From Candidatus Polarisedimenticolia bacterium (GTDB taxonomy: Bacteria > Acidobacteriota > Polarisedimenticolia > Gp22-AA2 > AA152), in contig DASTZC010000215.1 of the NCBI GenBank assembly GCA_035764505.1, positions 2,402 to 66,401 of the forward strand: 64,000 bases of DNA, in the 5' to 3' direction. The position numbers and the translations under genes were made by a program. Positions 9,825 through 19,987 of this stretch are shown here, in pieces. The notes beneath the pieces were generated by a model that was not told the DNA's origin, made no database searches, and worked only from the letters and a program-made list of their open reading frames with translations. Position 1 is the first letter of the stretch. The number at the start of each line of letters is the position of its first letter.

Positions 9825-10062
9825 GCATCCTTTCCCGGGACGCGCTGCATGACCTCTCCGGTTCCGGACCGGGCCGCTCCCTGGGTGCCGCCGGGCGGGA
9901 GCGAATCCTCCGGGAGCTCACCTTGGACTGGATGATCCGCCGCTTCGAAGCGCTCTACCTGCTGGCGGCCGGCAGGCAGATCCGGTCCTTTGACGGCGAT
10001 CCTGCAGTCTCCTAGTGTAAGCTTCCACCGCTCGATAATTCTCCTTCCACGAGGAACGCATT

Positions 10063-11097
10063 TTGCGCGCCATCCGGATCCACGAGCACGGCGGATACGA
10101 GAAGCTTCTTCTCGAAGAAATTGCCTCGCCTCCCATGCGCGCCGATGAAGCGCGGGTGCGCATCCATGCCGCCGGGCTGAATCATCTCGACCTGTGGGTG
10201 CGCCGTGGGATTCCCGGCGTGAAGTATCCGCTGCCGCTCACGCCCGGCTGCGACGGCGCGGGGGTGATCCTGGAGGTGGGCGAAGCGGTGCGCGGCTTCC
10301 GCGCGGGCGAGAAGGTAGTCCTGGCGCCGGGCCTGTCCTGCGGGATGTGCGAGGCGTGCGCTGCCGGCAGCGACAACCTGTGCCGCGAGTTCGGCATCCT
10401 GGGCGAGCACCGCGACGGGACTTGTGCCGAGGAGATCGTCGTGCCTGCCCGCAACCTGATCCGGATTCCCGAGGGGCTCTCCTTCGAGCAGGCGGCGGCG
10501 ATTCCCCTGGTCTTCCTGACCGCCTGGCAGATGGTCGTCGACAAGGCGAAGGTGGTACCGGGCGAGACGGTCGTGGTCCTGGGTGCGGGAAGCGGCGTCG
10601 GGTCGGCAGCCATCCAGATCGCCAAGCTGCACGGCGCGCACGTCCTGGCGGTTTCCACCGGCGAAGAGAAGCTCGCCAAGGCCAAAACGCTGGGTGCCGA
10701 CGAGGGAATCGACCTGTCGCGCGCCGAGCTGAAGGACGAAGTGAAGCGCCTGACCTCGCGGCGCGGCGCCGACGTCGTCATCGAGCACGTCGGCAAGGCG
10801 ACCTGGGATCAGAGCCTGCTCAGCCTGACCTGGGGAGGACGGCTGGTCACCTGCGGCGCCACCACGGGCGCCGAGGTCTCCCTGAATCTCAGGCATCTCT
10901 TTTTCAAGAACCTGTCGATACTCGGCTCCACGATGGGGAGCCGCTCGCGTCTGTTCACCATCTTCCGGCACGTGGAATCCGGGCGCTTGAAGCCCGTGGT
11001 GGACCGGGTCATGCCGCTCACCGAGGCGCGCCGTGCGCACGAGCTGTTGGAGGAGCACCAAATCTTCGGCAAGATCGTCCTGTCTCCCCGGCCTTAG
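10063..11097 (+). CDS. Zinc-binding alcohol dehydrogenase / quinone oxidoreductase (MDR superfamily)
   Basis: GCDGAGVI..., CGMCEACAAGSDNLC structural-Zn motif, and GAGSGVGSAAIQ Rossmann motif. Confidence 0.8.
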   Translation: MRAIRIHEHGGYEKLLLEEIASPPMRADEARVRIHAAGLNHLDLWVRRGIPGVKYPLPLTPGCDGAGVILEVGEAVRGFRAGEKVVLAPGLSCGMCEACAAGSDNLCREFGILGEHRDGTCAEEIVVPARNLIRIPEGLSFEQAAAIPLVFLTAWQMVVDKAKVVPGETVVVLGAGSGVGSAAIQIAKLHGAHVLAVSTGEEKLAKAKTLGADEGIDLSRAELKDEVKRLTSRRGADVVIEHVGKATWDQSLLSLTWGGRLVTCGATTGAEVSLNLRHLFFKNLSILGSTMGSRSRLFTIFRHVESGRLKPVVDRVMPLTEARRAHELLEEHQIFGKIVLSPRP

Positions 11098-11123
11098 TCA
11101 GAACTCCCTCGCGAGGTTTTCAC

Positions 11124-11900
11124 GTGGCTTTCATCAACATCGGCTTTTCCGTGCAGGACCGCATCGCCACCGTCACCATCGATCGTCCCGATGTGCGCAA
11201 CGCCGTGGACGAATCGACCGCCGTCGAGATCGAGAGGGCGCTCCAGGAAGCGGAGGACAGCCGCGACGTGGCGGTCCTCGTTTTCACCGGCGGCGGAGAG
11301 AAGGTCTTCGTCTCCGGCGCCGACCTCAAGGACCTGCACCATCGCCGCGCCCGCCAGGTGCTGGAAGCCTGCCTGAACCGCCTCTTCTCGCGCATCGACG
11401 GCTTCACGAAGCCCACCATCGCCGCGATGAACGGTCATGCGCTGGGCGGCGGGATGGAGATGGCGCTGGCCTGCGATTTTCGCATCGCCGTCGCGGGAGC
11501 GAAGCTCGGCTTTCCCGAGGTCGGTCTGGGGATCCTGCCGGGAGCAGGCGGAACGCAGCGTCTGCCAAGGCTGGTGGGGCTCGGTCGCGCCAAGGAGCTG
11601 ATCCTCACCGGCGACCCGGTCGACGCGGAGCGCGCTCTCGAGCTTGGCCTCGTGCACAAGGTCGTGCCGCGCGAGGAGCTCGCTGCGGCCACCCGGGAGC
11701 TGGCCGAGAAGCTCGCCTCGCGCGCCCCCGTCGCCCTGCGTCTCGCCAAGGCAGCGCTCAACCTCTCGGCCCGGGTGCCGCTCGACTCCGGCCTCGCCTT
11801 CGAGGTCCTCTCTCAGACCGTCCTGTTCGAGACCAAGGACAAGAAGGAAGGAGTCAGCGCCTTCCTGGAGAAGCGCAAGCCGCGCTTCCAGGGGGAATGA
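11124..11900 (+). CDS. Enoyl-CoA hydratase/isomerase (second crotonase paralog)
   Basis: FTGGGEKVFVSGADL...AAMNGHALGGGMEMALACDFRIA. GTG start at 11124, in frame with the over-extended 10194 ORF. Confidence 0.8.
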   Translation: MAFINIGFSVQDRIATVTIDRPDVRNAVDESTAVEIERALQEAEDSRDVAVLVFTGGGEKVFVSGADLKDLHHRRARQVLEACLNRLFSRIDGFTKPTIAAMNGHALGGGMEMALACDFRIAVAGAKLGFPEVGLGILPGAGGTQRLPRLVGLGRAKELILTGDPVDAERALELGLVHKVVPREELAAATRELAEKLASRAPVALRLAKAALNLSARVPLDSGLAFEVLSQTVLFETKDKKEGVSAFLEKRKPRFQGE

Positions 11901-11940
11901 CGATGCGGGCGCCGCCCGGAGCACGGCGCCTGACGGCCGC

Positions 11941-13119
11941 ATGAATCGCGCGATCTTGTCGCGATGGCTGCTCGGCGCCGACGCGATGCTTCAGCGCGCC
12001 GGGGCTTGGCGCATTGCCCTGCTGGTGGGAATCGCGGCCCTGGCACTGCGCCTCGCCCGCCTCGCCGTTCATCCCGCCGTGCCCGACGGGGACGAGCGCA
12101 CCTACATGGCGCTGGCCGGGAGCCTGGCACGCCATGGAAGATTCAGCGTCGATGCGCTCGGTCCCCTCGAGGACCACTTCGGCCCGCTCTACCCGTTGCT
12201 ACAGGCAGCGATCATCCTGCTGGGCGCATCGAGCCTGCACGCGGGGCTGGCGGTTTCGCTCCTCGCGGGGAGCCTCGCTCCTCCTCTCGTCTACCTGCTC
12301 GCCCTCCGGCAATGGAAGCAACCGGCGGCGGCCGCAGCGGCAGGCCTCGCGGCGGTCGTTCATCCGGGCATGATCGGCGCTTCCCGCATGATCTACACCG
12401 AGGCTCTCACCTCGGCGCTCCTGCTGCTCGCGGTGCTGTCGGTTTTCTCCCGCCGCCGGCCGGGGTTTCTCTGCGGCTTCGCCCTCGGCCTGGCCGCGCT
12501 CACGCGACGAGAGTCGGCATTCCTCGTGCCCTTCTTCATGGCGGCGTTGTGGGCGAACCGTACCGAGCCGGGGCCGCCCCCGCGATGGCGCGAGCCGCTT
12601 CGCCTCCTGCTCATCTTCCTTCTGGTCTTCGCGCCCTACCTGGTCTATTTGAGGCTCGCTTCGGGACACTGGACCATGAGCGCCAAGGCAAACTACGCAT
12701 GGATCGTGGGGCGGCTCATGGAGGAGCGGCCGGACGAAGAGATCACGGTCCAGAGAATCCACGATCTCGAGAAGCAATACCCTACTCCTCTCCATTGGTT
12801 TCTCGACCGGCCGCTTCAGACGTTCAAGGGATTGGTCCAATCGGCCCTGCTTCATCTGGGTCTCGTGTTCTTTGGAGCGGGCGCCTGGCCCATCGGGATC
12901 GTGGCCCTGCTCGGATTGGCCCGCGCGCTTCTGCACCGCAGCATGAAGCTCTGGCCGCCCTCCCCCCTGCTCATCCCCTTCGTTCTGGTGCTGTTCTGGG
13001 CACTGGCCGGTCCGACCCTGCGATATTCGAGGGCGCTCGGTCCATTCGTCTGTGGGCTCGTCGCAGGCCTCCCGGCCAGGAATGGCCGGGCGGATGAAGG
13101 TTTGAAAACTTCTCCATAA
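11941..13119 (+). CDS. Membrane glycosyltransferase, GT39/ArnT-like (PMT_2-type), about 10 TM helices
   Basis: Highly hydrophobic polytopic protein with an early DE motif (AVPDGDERTYMALAG) typical of GT-C mannosyltransferases. Start trimmed to the ATG at 11941. Confidence 0.5.
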   Translation: MNRAILSRWLLGADAMLQRAGAWRIALLVGIAALALRLARLAVHPAVPDGDERTYMALAGSLARHGRFSVDALGPLEDHFGPLYPLLQAAIILLGASSLHAGLAVSLLAGSLAPPLVYLLALRQWKQPAAAAAAGLAAVVHPGMIGASRMIYTEALTSALLLLAVLSVFSRRRPGFLCGFALGLAALTRRESAFLVPFFMAALWANRTEPGPPPRWREPLRLLLIFLLVFAPYLVYLRLASGHWTMSAKANYAWIVGRLMEERPDEEITVQRIHDLEKQYPTPLHWFLDRPLQTFKGLVQSALLHLGLVFFGAGAWPIGIVALLGLARALLHRSMKLWPPSPLLIPFVLVLFWALAGPTLRYSRALGPFVCGLVAGLPARNGRADEGLKTSP

Positions 13120-13239
13120 AGATGGTAAATTGCCGCCGGTTTCAGGCCCCGTTTACAGAATATTCCCACCCCTGACAAGGGTTTAGGCAGCCGATCGGCC
13201 CTCGGCGCGGCCAACCCTTCTCCTCGGAGGCGAGCAAGC

Positions 13240-14661
13240 GTGACGATGCCGGCGGAAAGCGGCGGTCGGTTCGACTTGGTGGTCATCGGTGCGGGTCCCG
13301 GCGGATACACCGGGGCGATCCGCGCCGCGCAGCTGGGGCTCAAGGCCGCCCTGATCGAGCGCGACTCCGCTCTCGGCGGGACCTGCCTCCTGCGCGGCTG
13401 CATCCCCACCAAGGCCCTCCTGCAGAGCGCCGCCTTGCACCACAGCCTGCGGCAGGCCGGAGAGTTCGGCTTCAAAATCGGCGACGTGCTGATCGACTTC
13501 TCCGCCATCCAGAAGCGCAAAGCCGGGGTGGTCGAGCGTCTGTCAAAGGGCGTCGCCTTCCTGATGAAGAAGAACAAAATCGAGGTCTTCGAGGGAACGG
13601 GGCGCATCGAAGCCCCGGGGCGCGTCTCGGTGAGCTCCCGATCGGGCAAGACGCAGATCCTCGAGGCGAAGAACATCCTGCTGGCCACCGGCTCCGAGGC
13701 CAAAGGGCTTCCGGGAATCGAGCCCGACGGCAAGAAGATCCTGACCTCCGACCACATCCTCGAAATCGGCTCCGTCCCCAAGTCGCTGATCATCCTCGGG
13801 GCCGGGGCCGTGGGCGTCGAGTTCGCCTCCATCTATTCTTCTTTCATGACGCAGGTGACGCTGATCGAGCTGCTGCCGCGCCTCGTCCCGGCGGAGGACG
13901 AGGACGTCTCCAAGGAGCTCGAGCGCTGCTTCCGGAAGCGCGGCATCGCCACGCGCACCGGCGCCAAGGTCTCCAAGGCCGTCCCCTCCTCCAAGGGAGT
14001 CGAGGTGACGATCGAGCCGGGGGGCGGCGGCAAAACGGAGTCCATCACGGCCGACATGCTGCTCCTCGGAGTGGGGCGCAAGCCGAAGAGCGACGGGCTC
14101 GGGCTGGAAAAGACGAAGGTGGCGGTGGAGAAGGGCTTCGTGAAAGTGGACGATTCCTACCGGACCGCCGAGCCGGGCGTCTGGGCCATCGGCGATCTGG
14201 TGGGCAAGGCGCCGTTGGCGCACGTCGCCTCCCACGAGGCGGTGGCGGCCGTCGAGAGGATGGCCGGTCAGGAGCCGCATCCGCTCAACTACGACCAGAT
14301 TCCCTGGTGCACCTACTGCGATCCCGAGATCGCCCGCATCGGATTGACCGAGAAGCAGGCCGTCGAGAGAGGGCATGCCGTGAAGAACGGCAAGTTCCCC
14401 TTCAGCGCCCTGGGACGCGCGCAGATCCTGGGAGAGACGGAAGGATTCGTGAAGATCGTCACCGATCAGAAATATGGCGAGGTCCTCGGGGTGCATATCA
14501 TCGGCCCGAAGGCCACGGAACTGGTGGCGGAGGGCGCCGCGCTGCTGCGCCTGGAAGCCACCACCGAAGAAATTATCGCAACCATCCACGCCCACCCGAC
14601 CCTGTCGGAGGCGATGGGCGAGGCGGCCCTCGACGTGCTGGGCCGCACGCTGAACCGCTGA
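13240..14661 (+). CDS. lpdA: Dihydrolipoyl dehydrogenase (E3 component)
   Basis: FDLVVIGAGPGGY, GGTCLLRGCIPTK redox-active disulfide, NAD-binding GAGAVGVE, and an HAHPTLSE dimerisation motif. Confidence 0.9.
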   Translation: MTMPAESGGRFDLVVIGAGPGGYTGAIRAAQLGLKAALIERDSALGGTCLLRGCIPTKALLQSAALHHSLRQAGEFGFKIGDVLIDFSAIQKRKAGVVERLSKGVAFLMKKNKIEVFEGTGRIEAPGRVSVSSRSGKTQILEAKNILLATGSEAKGLPGIEPDGKKILTSDHILEIGSVPKSLIILGAGAVGVEFASIYSSFMTQVTLIELLPRLVPAEDEDVSKELERCFRKRGIATRTGAKVSKAVPSSKGVEVTIEPGGGGKTESITADMLLLGVGRKPKSDGLGLEKTKVAVEKGFVKVDDSYRTAEPGVWAIGDLVGKAPLAHVASHEAVAAVERMAGQEPHPLNYDQIPWCTYCDPEIARIGLTEKQAVERGHAVKNGKFPFSALGRAQILGETEGFVKIVTDQKYGEVLGVHIIGPKATELVAEGAALLRLEATTEEIIATIHAHPTLSEAMGEAALDVLGRTLNR

Positions 14662-15761
14662 TGTCCAAAGCCGCCCGCAAGGAATCGCGACGCAAGCAGC
14701 CGCCCGGCGCGCGCACCGCGCCCGAGGCGAGGCCCGCCAAGGGCCTCTCCCCCGACAAGCAGCTGGACATCTATTACTACCTGAAGCTCAACCGCATGGT
14801 GGAGGAGCGCCTCTCCGCGCTGTACCGTCAGGGAAAGGTGCAGGGAGGGCTCTACGGCAGCAAGGGACAGGAGGCGATCTCGGTCGGCTCAGCCTACGCT
14901 CTGGCGCCCCAGGACGTGCTGGCTCCGATGATTCGCAACCTCGGCGCCATGCTGGTGCGCGGCGTCAAGCCGGTGGAGTTCTTCCTGCAGTACATGCAGA
15001 AAGAAGGCAGTCCCTGCAAGGGACGCGACACGTCGCTGCATTTCGGCGGCATCGACCGCGGCTTCGTGCCTCCCATCAGCCCTCTGGGGACCCTGGTGCC
15101 GGTGCTCACCGGCGTGGCGCTCGCGGGGCGGATGTTGGGCCGCAAGCTGGTGGCGATGACCTACATCGGCGACGGCGCCACCAGCACGGGCGATTTTCAC
15201 GAGGGCATGGGAATCGCCTCGGTCATGCGCCTGCCTCTCGTCGTGATCATCGAGAACAACCGCTGGGCCTACTCCACCCCCGTCGCCGCCCAGTCGCTCC
15301 TGACCGATCTCGCCGAGAAGGCCCGTGCTTACGGCATTCCCCAGGGAGTAGTCGACGGCAACGACGTCCTGGCGGTGCACGAGGCGACGGAGAGCGCCTT
15401 GGATCTGGCGCGCCAGGGCAAAGGGCCGGTGCTCCTGGAAGCCAAGACGATGCGCATGCGCGGCCATTCGGAGCACGACGACGCCTGGTACGTCCCCGAG
15501 GAGGAGCGCCGCTTCTGGGAGAAGCGCGATCCGATCGCGCTGTACGAGAAGCGCCTGGTGGACCAGGAAGTCGCGACGCCCGAGGAGCTGGCTGCCATCG
15601 TGGAGCGCTGCACCTCGGAGATCGATCGCGACCTTGCCGTCGCCGAGGCGGCCCCCTCCCCGCGTCCCGAGTCGTGCATCGAGGACATCTACGCGCCGCT
15701 GGCCGACCCGGGCTCCGAGGAAGCGGCGCCCAAGACACCCGCCTCGGCGAGGAGGAGCTGA
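14661..15761 (+). CDS. 2-oxoacid dehydrogenase E1 alpha subunit (TPP-dependent; PDH/BCKDH type)
   Basis: YIGDGATSTGDFHEGMG...IIENNRWAYSTP TPP-binding motif. Its ATG overlaps the lpd stop (tgATG). Confidence 0.85.
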   Translation: MSKAARKESRRKQPPGARTAPEARPAKGLSPDKQLDIYYYLKLNRMVEERLSALYRQGKVQGGLYGSKGQEAISVGSAYALAPQDVLAPMIRNLGAMLVRGVKPVEFFLQYMQKEGSPCKGRDTSLHFGGIDRGFVPPISPLGTLVPVLTGVALAGRMLGRKLVAMTYIGDGATSTGDFHEGMGIASVMRLPLVVIIENNRWAYSTPVAAQSLLTDLAEKARAYGIPQGVVDGNDVLAVHEATESALDLARQGKGPVLLEAKTMRMRGHSEHDDAWYVPEEERRFWEKRDPIALYEKRLVDQEVATPEELAAIVERCTSEIDRDLAVAEAAPSPRPESCIEDIYAPLADPGSEEAAPKTPASARRS

Positions 15762-16744
15762 TGGCCGAGCCGATCACCTATCTCGAGGCGATCCGCCAGG
15801 GGCTGTGGGAGGAGATGGAGCGCGACCGCCGCGTCTTCATGTTGGGAGAGGACATCGGTGTCTATGGCGGCGCCTTCAAGGTCACCAAGGGCTTCCTCGA
15901 GAAGTTCGGCAAGGAGCGGATCATCGACACGCCGATTGCCGAGTCGGGGATCGTCGGAGCGGCCATCGGCGCCTCGCTCATGGGGCTGCGCCCCGTCGCC
16001 GAGATGCAGTTCATCGACTTCATCGCCTGCGCCTTCAACCAGATCACCAACTTCGCCGCCAAGAGCCGCTGGCGCTACGGGGCCGGCGTGCCGATCGTCA
16101 TTCGCGGCCCCGCGGGGGGCGGCGTGCGCGGCGGACCGTTCCATTCGCAGAATCCCGAGATGTACTTCGTCCACACCCCGGGCCTGAAGGTGGTCGCGCC
16201 GGGGACGACCTACGACGCGAAGGGCATGATCAAGGCGGCGGTGCGCGACGAGGATCCGGTCATCTACCTGGAGCACAAGTACCTCTACCGGCTGCCGCGC
16301 ATCAAGGAAGTCCTTCCGGAGGAGGACTACACTGTCCCGATCGGCAAGGCGGCGGTGCGTCGCGAAGGGACGGACATCTCCCTGATCACCTACGGCTCGA
16401 TGCAGCTGCACTGCCTGGACGCCGCCGAGGCGCTCGACAAGGAAGGAGTGAGCGCGGAGGTGATTGACCTGCGGACGCTGCTGCCCCTGGATGCCGATGC
16501 CATCGAAGCGACTGCGAAAAAGACGGGGAAGGTGCTGATCGTCCACGAGGACACCAGGACGGGGGGAATTGCCGGTGAGGTTACATCGTTGATCAACGAG
16601 CGGGCCTTCGAGTATTTGGACGGACCAGTTCTCCGTGTAACCTCCCCTGATGCGCCGGTTCCCTATAGTGCGGCACTTGAGGATTTCTTTCTGCCAAACA
16701 CTCAGAAGGTGATGGACGCTGCTCGAAAACTGGCAGCCTATTAG
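15761..16744 (+). CDS. 2-oxoacid dehydrogenase E1 beta subunit
   Basis: Transketolase-like pyrimidine-binding and C-terminal domains (MLGEDIGVYGGAFKVTKG...). Its ATG overlaps the E1alpha stop. Confidence 0.9.
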   Translation: MAEPITYLEAIRQGLWEEMERDRRVFMLGEDIGVYGGAFKVTKGFLEKFGKERIIDTPIAESGIVGAAIGASLMGLRPVAEMQFIDFIACAFNQITNFAAKSRWRYGAGVPIVIRGPAGGGVRGGPFHSQNPEMYFVHTPGLKVVAPGTTYDAKGMIKAAVRDEDPVIYLEHKYLYRLPRIKEVLPEEDYTVPIGKAAVRREGTDISLITYGSMQLHCLDAAEALDKEGVSAEVIDLRTLLPLDADAIEATAKKTGKVLIVHEDTRTGGIAGEVTSLINERAFEYLDGPVLRVTSPDAPVPYSAALEDFFLPNTQKVMDAARKLAAY

Positions 16745-16895
16745 ATGATGGTCACTTCCCCCGGACAGGGCCACCCTTACAGCCGACGGCTGGAAAGCGG
16801 CCCAGAAGGAGCGGCTAGGTGTCACAGATGGAAATAAGTGCAGGGACGGCGCATCCTGGTGCGTGCTTCCTCAGGAGCTTTCTTAAAGGTGGCCC

Positions 16896-18329
16896 ATGAA
16901 AGTTGATGTAATCATGCCCCAGATGGGGGAGAGCATTCAGGAGGGGACGGTCGTCAAGTGGCTGAAGAAGCCGGGCGACAAAGTGAAGCGGGACGAGCCG
17001 ATCCTGGAGATCTCCACCGACAAGGTGGATGCGGAGATCCCCTCCCCCGCGGCCGGCGTCCTATCGGAAATCAAGATCAACGAGGGCAAGACAGTCGAAA
17101 TCAAGACGGTCCTCGGGACGATCGAAACGGAGGGCACCGCGGCGGCGGGCGCTCAGCCTCCAAAGGCCGAAGCGCAGCAGGCCGCGGAGGCTCCGCCGAA
17201 GGCCGAAGCGCAGGCTGATGGAGCGCCGTCGGCCAAGAGCCGGCCGTCCGGCGACGGGAAGGGCGACGGCAAGGAAGCTCCTGCAGCCGCGAAAGAGCGC
17301 AAAGAAGAAAAGCGCGCGGCACCGGAGGAATCCGAGGAGGAGGAAGAAGAGACTCCGCGGGAAGGCCAGGCCGAATCGCCTCGTCCGGCCCCCTCGGCCG
17401 CCCCCCTCCGCGCCGTGCAGGGAAGCCGCGAGGAGAGGCTGCGTACCCGTTCCTCCCCTCTGGTGCGCCGCATCGCCCAGGAGCACAACCTCGACATCTC
17501 GTCGATGTCGGGAAGCGGCATTTCGGGCCGGGTCACGAAGAAGGACATCCTGGCCGCCATGGAATCGGGCGGCGCCGCTGCGGCCGCCCCGGCCGCCGCG
17601 CGCCCCGCGCCTTCGATCGCCTTCAAGTCGGGAGAGCGCACCAAGGTCGAGCCTCTGTCGGTGATGCGCCGCAAGATCGCCGAGCACATGGTGGCGAGCA
17701 AGCGGACCTCCGCCCACGTCCATTCCTACTTCGAGGTCGATTACACGGCGGTGGATCGCATCCGCAAGGAGAAGAAAGACGAGTTCCTGGATCGGCACGG
17801 CGTCAAGCTGACCTATCTTCCCTTCATCCTTCTCGCCACCGTCGAGGCCCTCAAGGCCTTCCCGGTCCTGAACGCCTCGATGGACGGCGAGAACCTGATC
17901 TACAAGAAGGACATCAACCTTGGCGTGGCGGTCGCTCTGGATTGGGGGCTGATCGTGCCGGTCATCAAGAACGCCGAGGAGCGCAACCTGGCGGGGCTCG
18001 CGAAGGCGACGGTGGACCTGGCGGAGCGGGCGCGCGCCAAAAAGCTGCAGCCCGACGAGGTCCAGGGCGGCACCTTCACCATCACCAACCCCGGCGTCTT
18101 CGGCAGCCTGTTCGGCGCCCCGATCATCAATCAGCCGCAGCTCGCGATCCTCGGCGTGGGGACGATCGAGAAGCGCCTGAAGGTGACGCAGGACGACGCC
18201 ATCGCCGTGCGCACGATGGGGTATCTGTCGATTGGCTTCGATCACCGAATCATCGACGGCGCGGTCGCCGACCAGTTCGTCTCCCACATCAAGAAGACGC
18301 TGGAAAGCTTCGACCCGCGCCTGGTTTGA
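16896..18329 (+). CDS. Dihydrolipoamide acyltransferase (E2 component): lipoyl domain, A/P/E-rich linkers, E3-binding domain and catalytic domain
   Basis: Lipoyl-lysine motif EISTDKVDAEI, PSBD (SPLVRRIAQEHNLDISSMSGSGISGRVTKKDI), and catalytic DHRIIDG. RBS AAAGGTGG. Confidence 0.9.
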   Translation: MKVDVIMPQMGESIQEGTVVKWLKKPGDKVKRDEPILEISTDKVDAEIPSPAAGVLSEIKINEGKTVEIKTVLGTIETEGTAAAGAQPPKAEAQQAAEAPPKAEAQADGAPSAKSRPSGDGKGDGKEAPAAAKERKEEKRAAPEESEEEEEETPREGQAESPRPAPSAAPLRAVQGSREERLRTRSSPLVRRIAQEHNLDISSMSGSGISGRVTKKDILAAMESGGAAAAAPAAARPAPSIAFKSGERTKVEPLSVMRRKIAEHMVASKRTSAHVHSYFEVDYTAVDRIRKEKKDEFLDRHGVKLTYLPFILLATVEALKAFPVLNASMDGENLIYKKDINLGVAVALDWGLIVPVIKNAEERNLAGLAKATVDLAERARAKKLQPDEVQGGTFTITNPGVFGSLFGAPIINQPQLAILGVGTIEKRLKVTQDDAIAVRTMGYLSIGFDHRIIDGAVADQFVSHIKKTLESFDPRLV

Positions 18330-18333
18330 GACG

Positions 18334-19050
18334 ATGCATCCCGTTCTAATCATCGGCACTCCGGAAAAGCAAGCCTCGGGCGCGGTGCGCCCGCTGGCGG
18401 TCCGCTGGCTGGGGACGGTCCCCTATGCGGAGGGGGTCCTCCTGCAGGAAGACCTGGTGCGCGCCCGGCAGCAGGGCAAGGCTCCCGACACGCTCCTGCT
18501 GCTCGAGCATCCTCCCGTGGTGACCCTGGGGCGCAGCGCCGATCCGGCACACCTGCGCTTTCCGGAGGACGAGCTGCGCCGCCAGGGCGTGGAGATCTTC
18601 GAGGCGGGGCGCGGCGGCGACGTCACCTTCCACGGCCCAGGGCAGCTCGTGGGCTACCCGATCCTGCTCCTCCCTCCCCCGCTGCGCGACCTGCACGGCA
18701 TGCTGCGGCGGGTAGAGACGGCCCTCATTGCCGTGGCGGCCGACTTCGGCATCGAGGCGCGCCGCGAGGAGGGGCTGACCGGGGTCTGGGTGGGGCGCGC
18801 CAAGCTGGCGGCGATCGGCATGCGCGTCTCCCGCTGGGTCACCTCGCACGGCTTCGCCCTGAACGTTGCCGAGGACCTGAAGGGCTTCGATCTGATCGTC
18901 CCGTGCGGCATCCGCGATCGCGGCGTCACGTCGCTCTCGCGCCTGCTCGGCCGGCCGGTGAGCCCGCAGGAGGTGATCCCGTCGGTGGCCTCCCATTTCG
19001 GCCGCGCCTTCGGTCTGGCGGCGGCAGAGGTCCAGCATGTCGGAGGTTGA
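18334..19050 (+). CDS. lipB: Octanoyltransferase LipB
   Basis: LLLEHPPVVTLGR...RGGDVTFHGPGQLVGYPIL...KLAAIGMRVSRWVTSHG motifs. ATG at 18334, in frame with the over-extended 18232 ORF. Confidence 0.85.
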   Translation: MHPVLIIGTPEKQASGAVRPLAVRWLGTVPYAEGVLLQEDLVRARQQGKAPDTLLLLEHPPVVTLGRSADPAHLRFPEDELRRQGVEIFEAGRGGDVTFHGPGQLVGYPILLLPPPLRDLHGMLRRVETALIAVAADFGIEARREEGLTGVWVGRAKLAAIGMRVSRWVTSHGFALNVAEDLKGFDLIVPCGIRDRGVTSLSRLLGRPVSPQEVIPSVASHFGRAFGLAAAEVQHVGG

Positions 19051-19987
19051 GGGCGCCGCCAAGCGCCCGCCCACGCGGCGCCGCTTCGTGGCCCCGGAGC
19101 CGCCCCCGGGGGCGGCGCGCTCTCCCAAGCCCGCCTGGCTGAAGATCCGCATCCGGACCAACGAGAATTACCAGAGCGTGCGGCGCACCATGGGCTCGCT
19201 GAGCCTGCACACGGTGTGCGAGGAAGCGCATTGCCCCAACATCTATGAATGCTGGGGCGAGAAGACGGCCACCTTCATGATCCTGGGCGACGTCTGCACC
19301 CGCCGCTGCGGCTTCTGCGCCGTGATGACCGGGACGCCCGGCCGCGTCGATCCCCTTGAGCCGGCGCACCTGGCGGAGGCGGTGGAGAAGATGGGGCTGG
19401 CTCATGCCGTGATCACCTCGGTGGACCGGGACGACCTCCCGGATGGCGGCGCGGCCCATTTCGCCGCGGTCATCGGCGCCATTCGCGCGCGTGTCCCGGG
19501 CTGCGCGGTCGAGGTCCTCACCCCCGATTTCCGCGGTGCTCCCGGGGCGCTCGACATCGTGCTGTCGGCCGCTCCCGAGGTCTTCGCGCACAACATCGAG
19601 ACGGTGCCGCGCCTCTATCGGACGGTGCGCCCCGGATCGATCTACGCCCATTCCCTGGAGCTCCTGCGGCGCGCCAAGAGCGCCGGCGCCGCGCTCACCA
19701 AGTCGGGCTTCATGCTGGGCCTCGGCGAGACACGGCCGGAGATCGGCGAAGTGCTCGCCGATCTGCGGGCCGCGGGCGTCGACATCGTGACCATCGGACA
19801 GTACCTGCAGCCCACGACCGGACACCTCCCGGTGGAGCGTTACGTACCGCCGGCGGAATTCGAGGAGATCCGCGAGGAAGCCGCGCCGCTCGGGTTCCGC
19901 CACGTGGAGGCCGGCCCCCTGGTGCGCTCCTCGTACCATGCGTCGCGCCAGGCCAAGGCTTCGCGCCACGACGAGGCGGCGCCGTGA
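19037..19987 (+). CDS. lipA: Lipoyl synthase LipA (radical SAM)
   Basis: CEEAHCPNIYEC auxiliary cluster and the CTRRCGFC radical-SAM CxxxCxxC motif. Overlaps the lipB 3' end by 14 nt. Confidence 0.9.
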   Translation: MSEVEGAAKRPPTRRRFVAPEPPPGAARSPKPAWLKIRIRTNENYQSVRRTMGSLSLHTVCEEAHCPNIYECWGEKTATFMILGDVCTRRCGFCAVMTGTPGRVDPLEPAHLAEAVEKMGLAHAVITSVDRDDLPDGGAAHFAAVIGAIRARVPGCAVEVLTPDFRGAPGALDIVLSAAPEVFAHNIETVPRLYRTVRPGSIYAHSLELLRRAKSAGAALTKSGFMLGLGETRPEIGEVLADLRAAGVDIVTIGQYLQPTTGHLPVERYVPPAEFEEIREEAAPLGFRHVEAGPLVRSSYHASRQAKASRHDEAAP

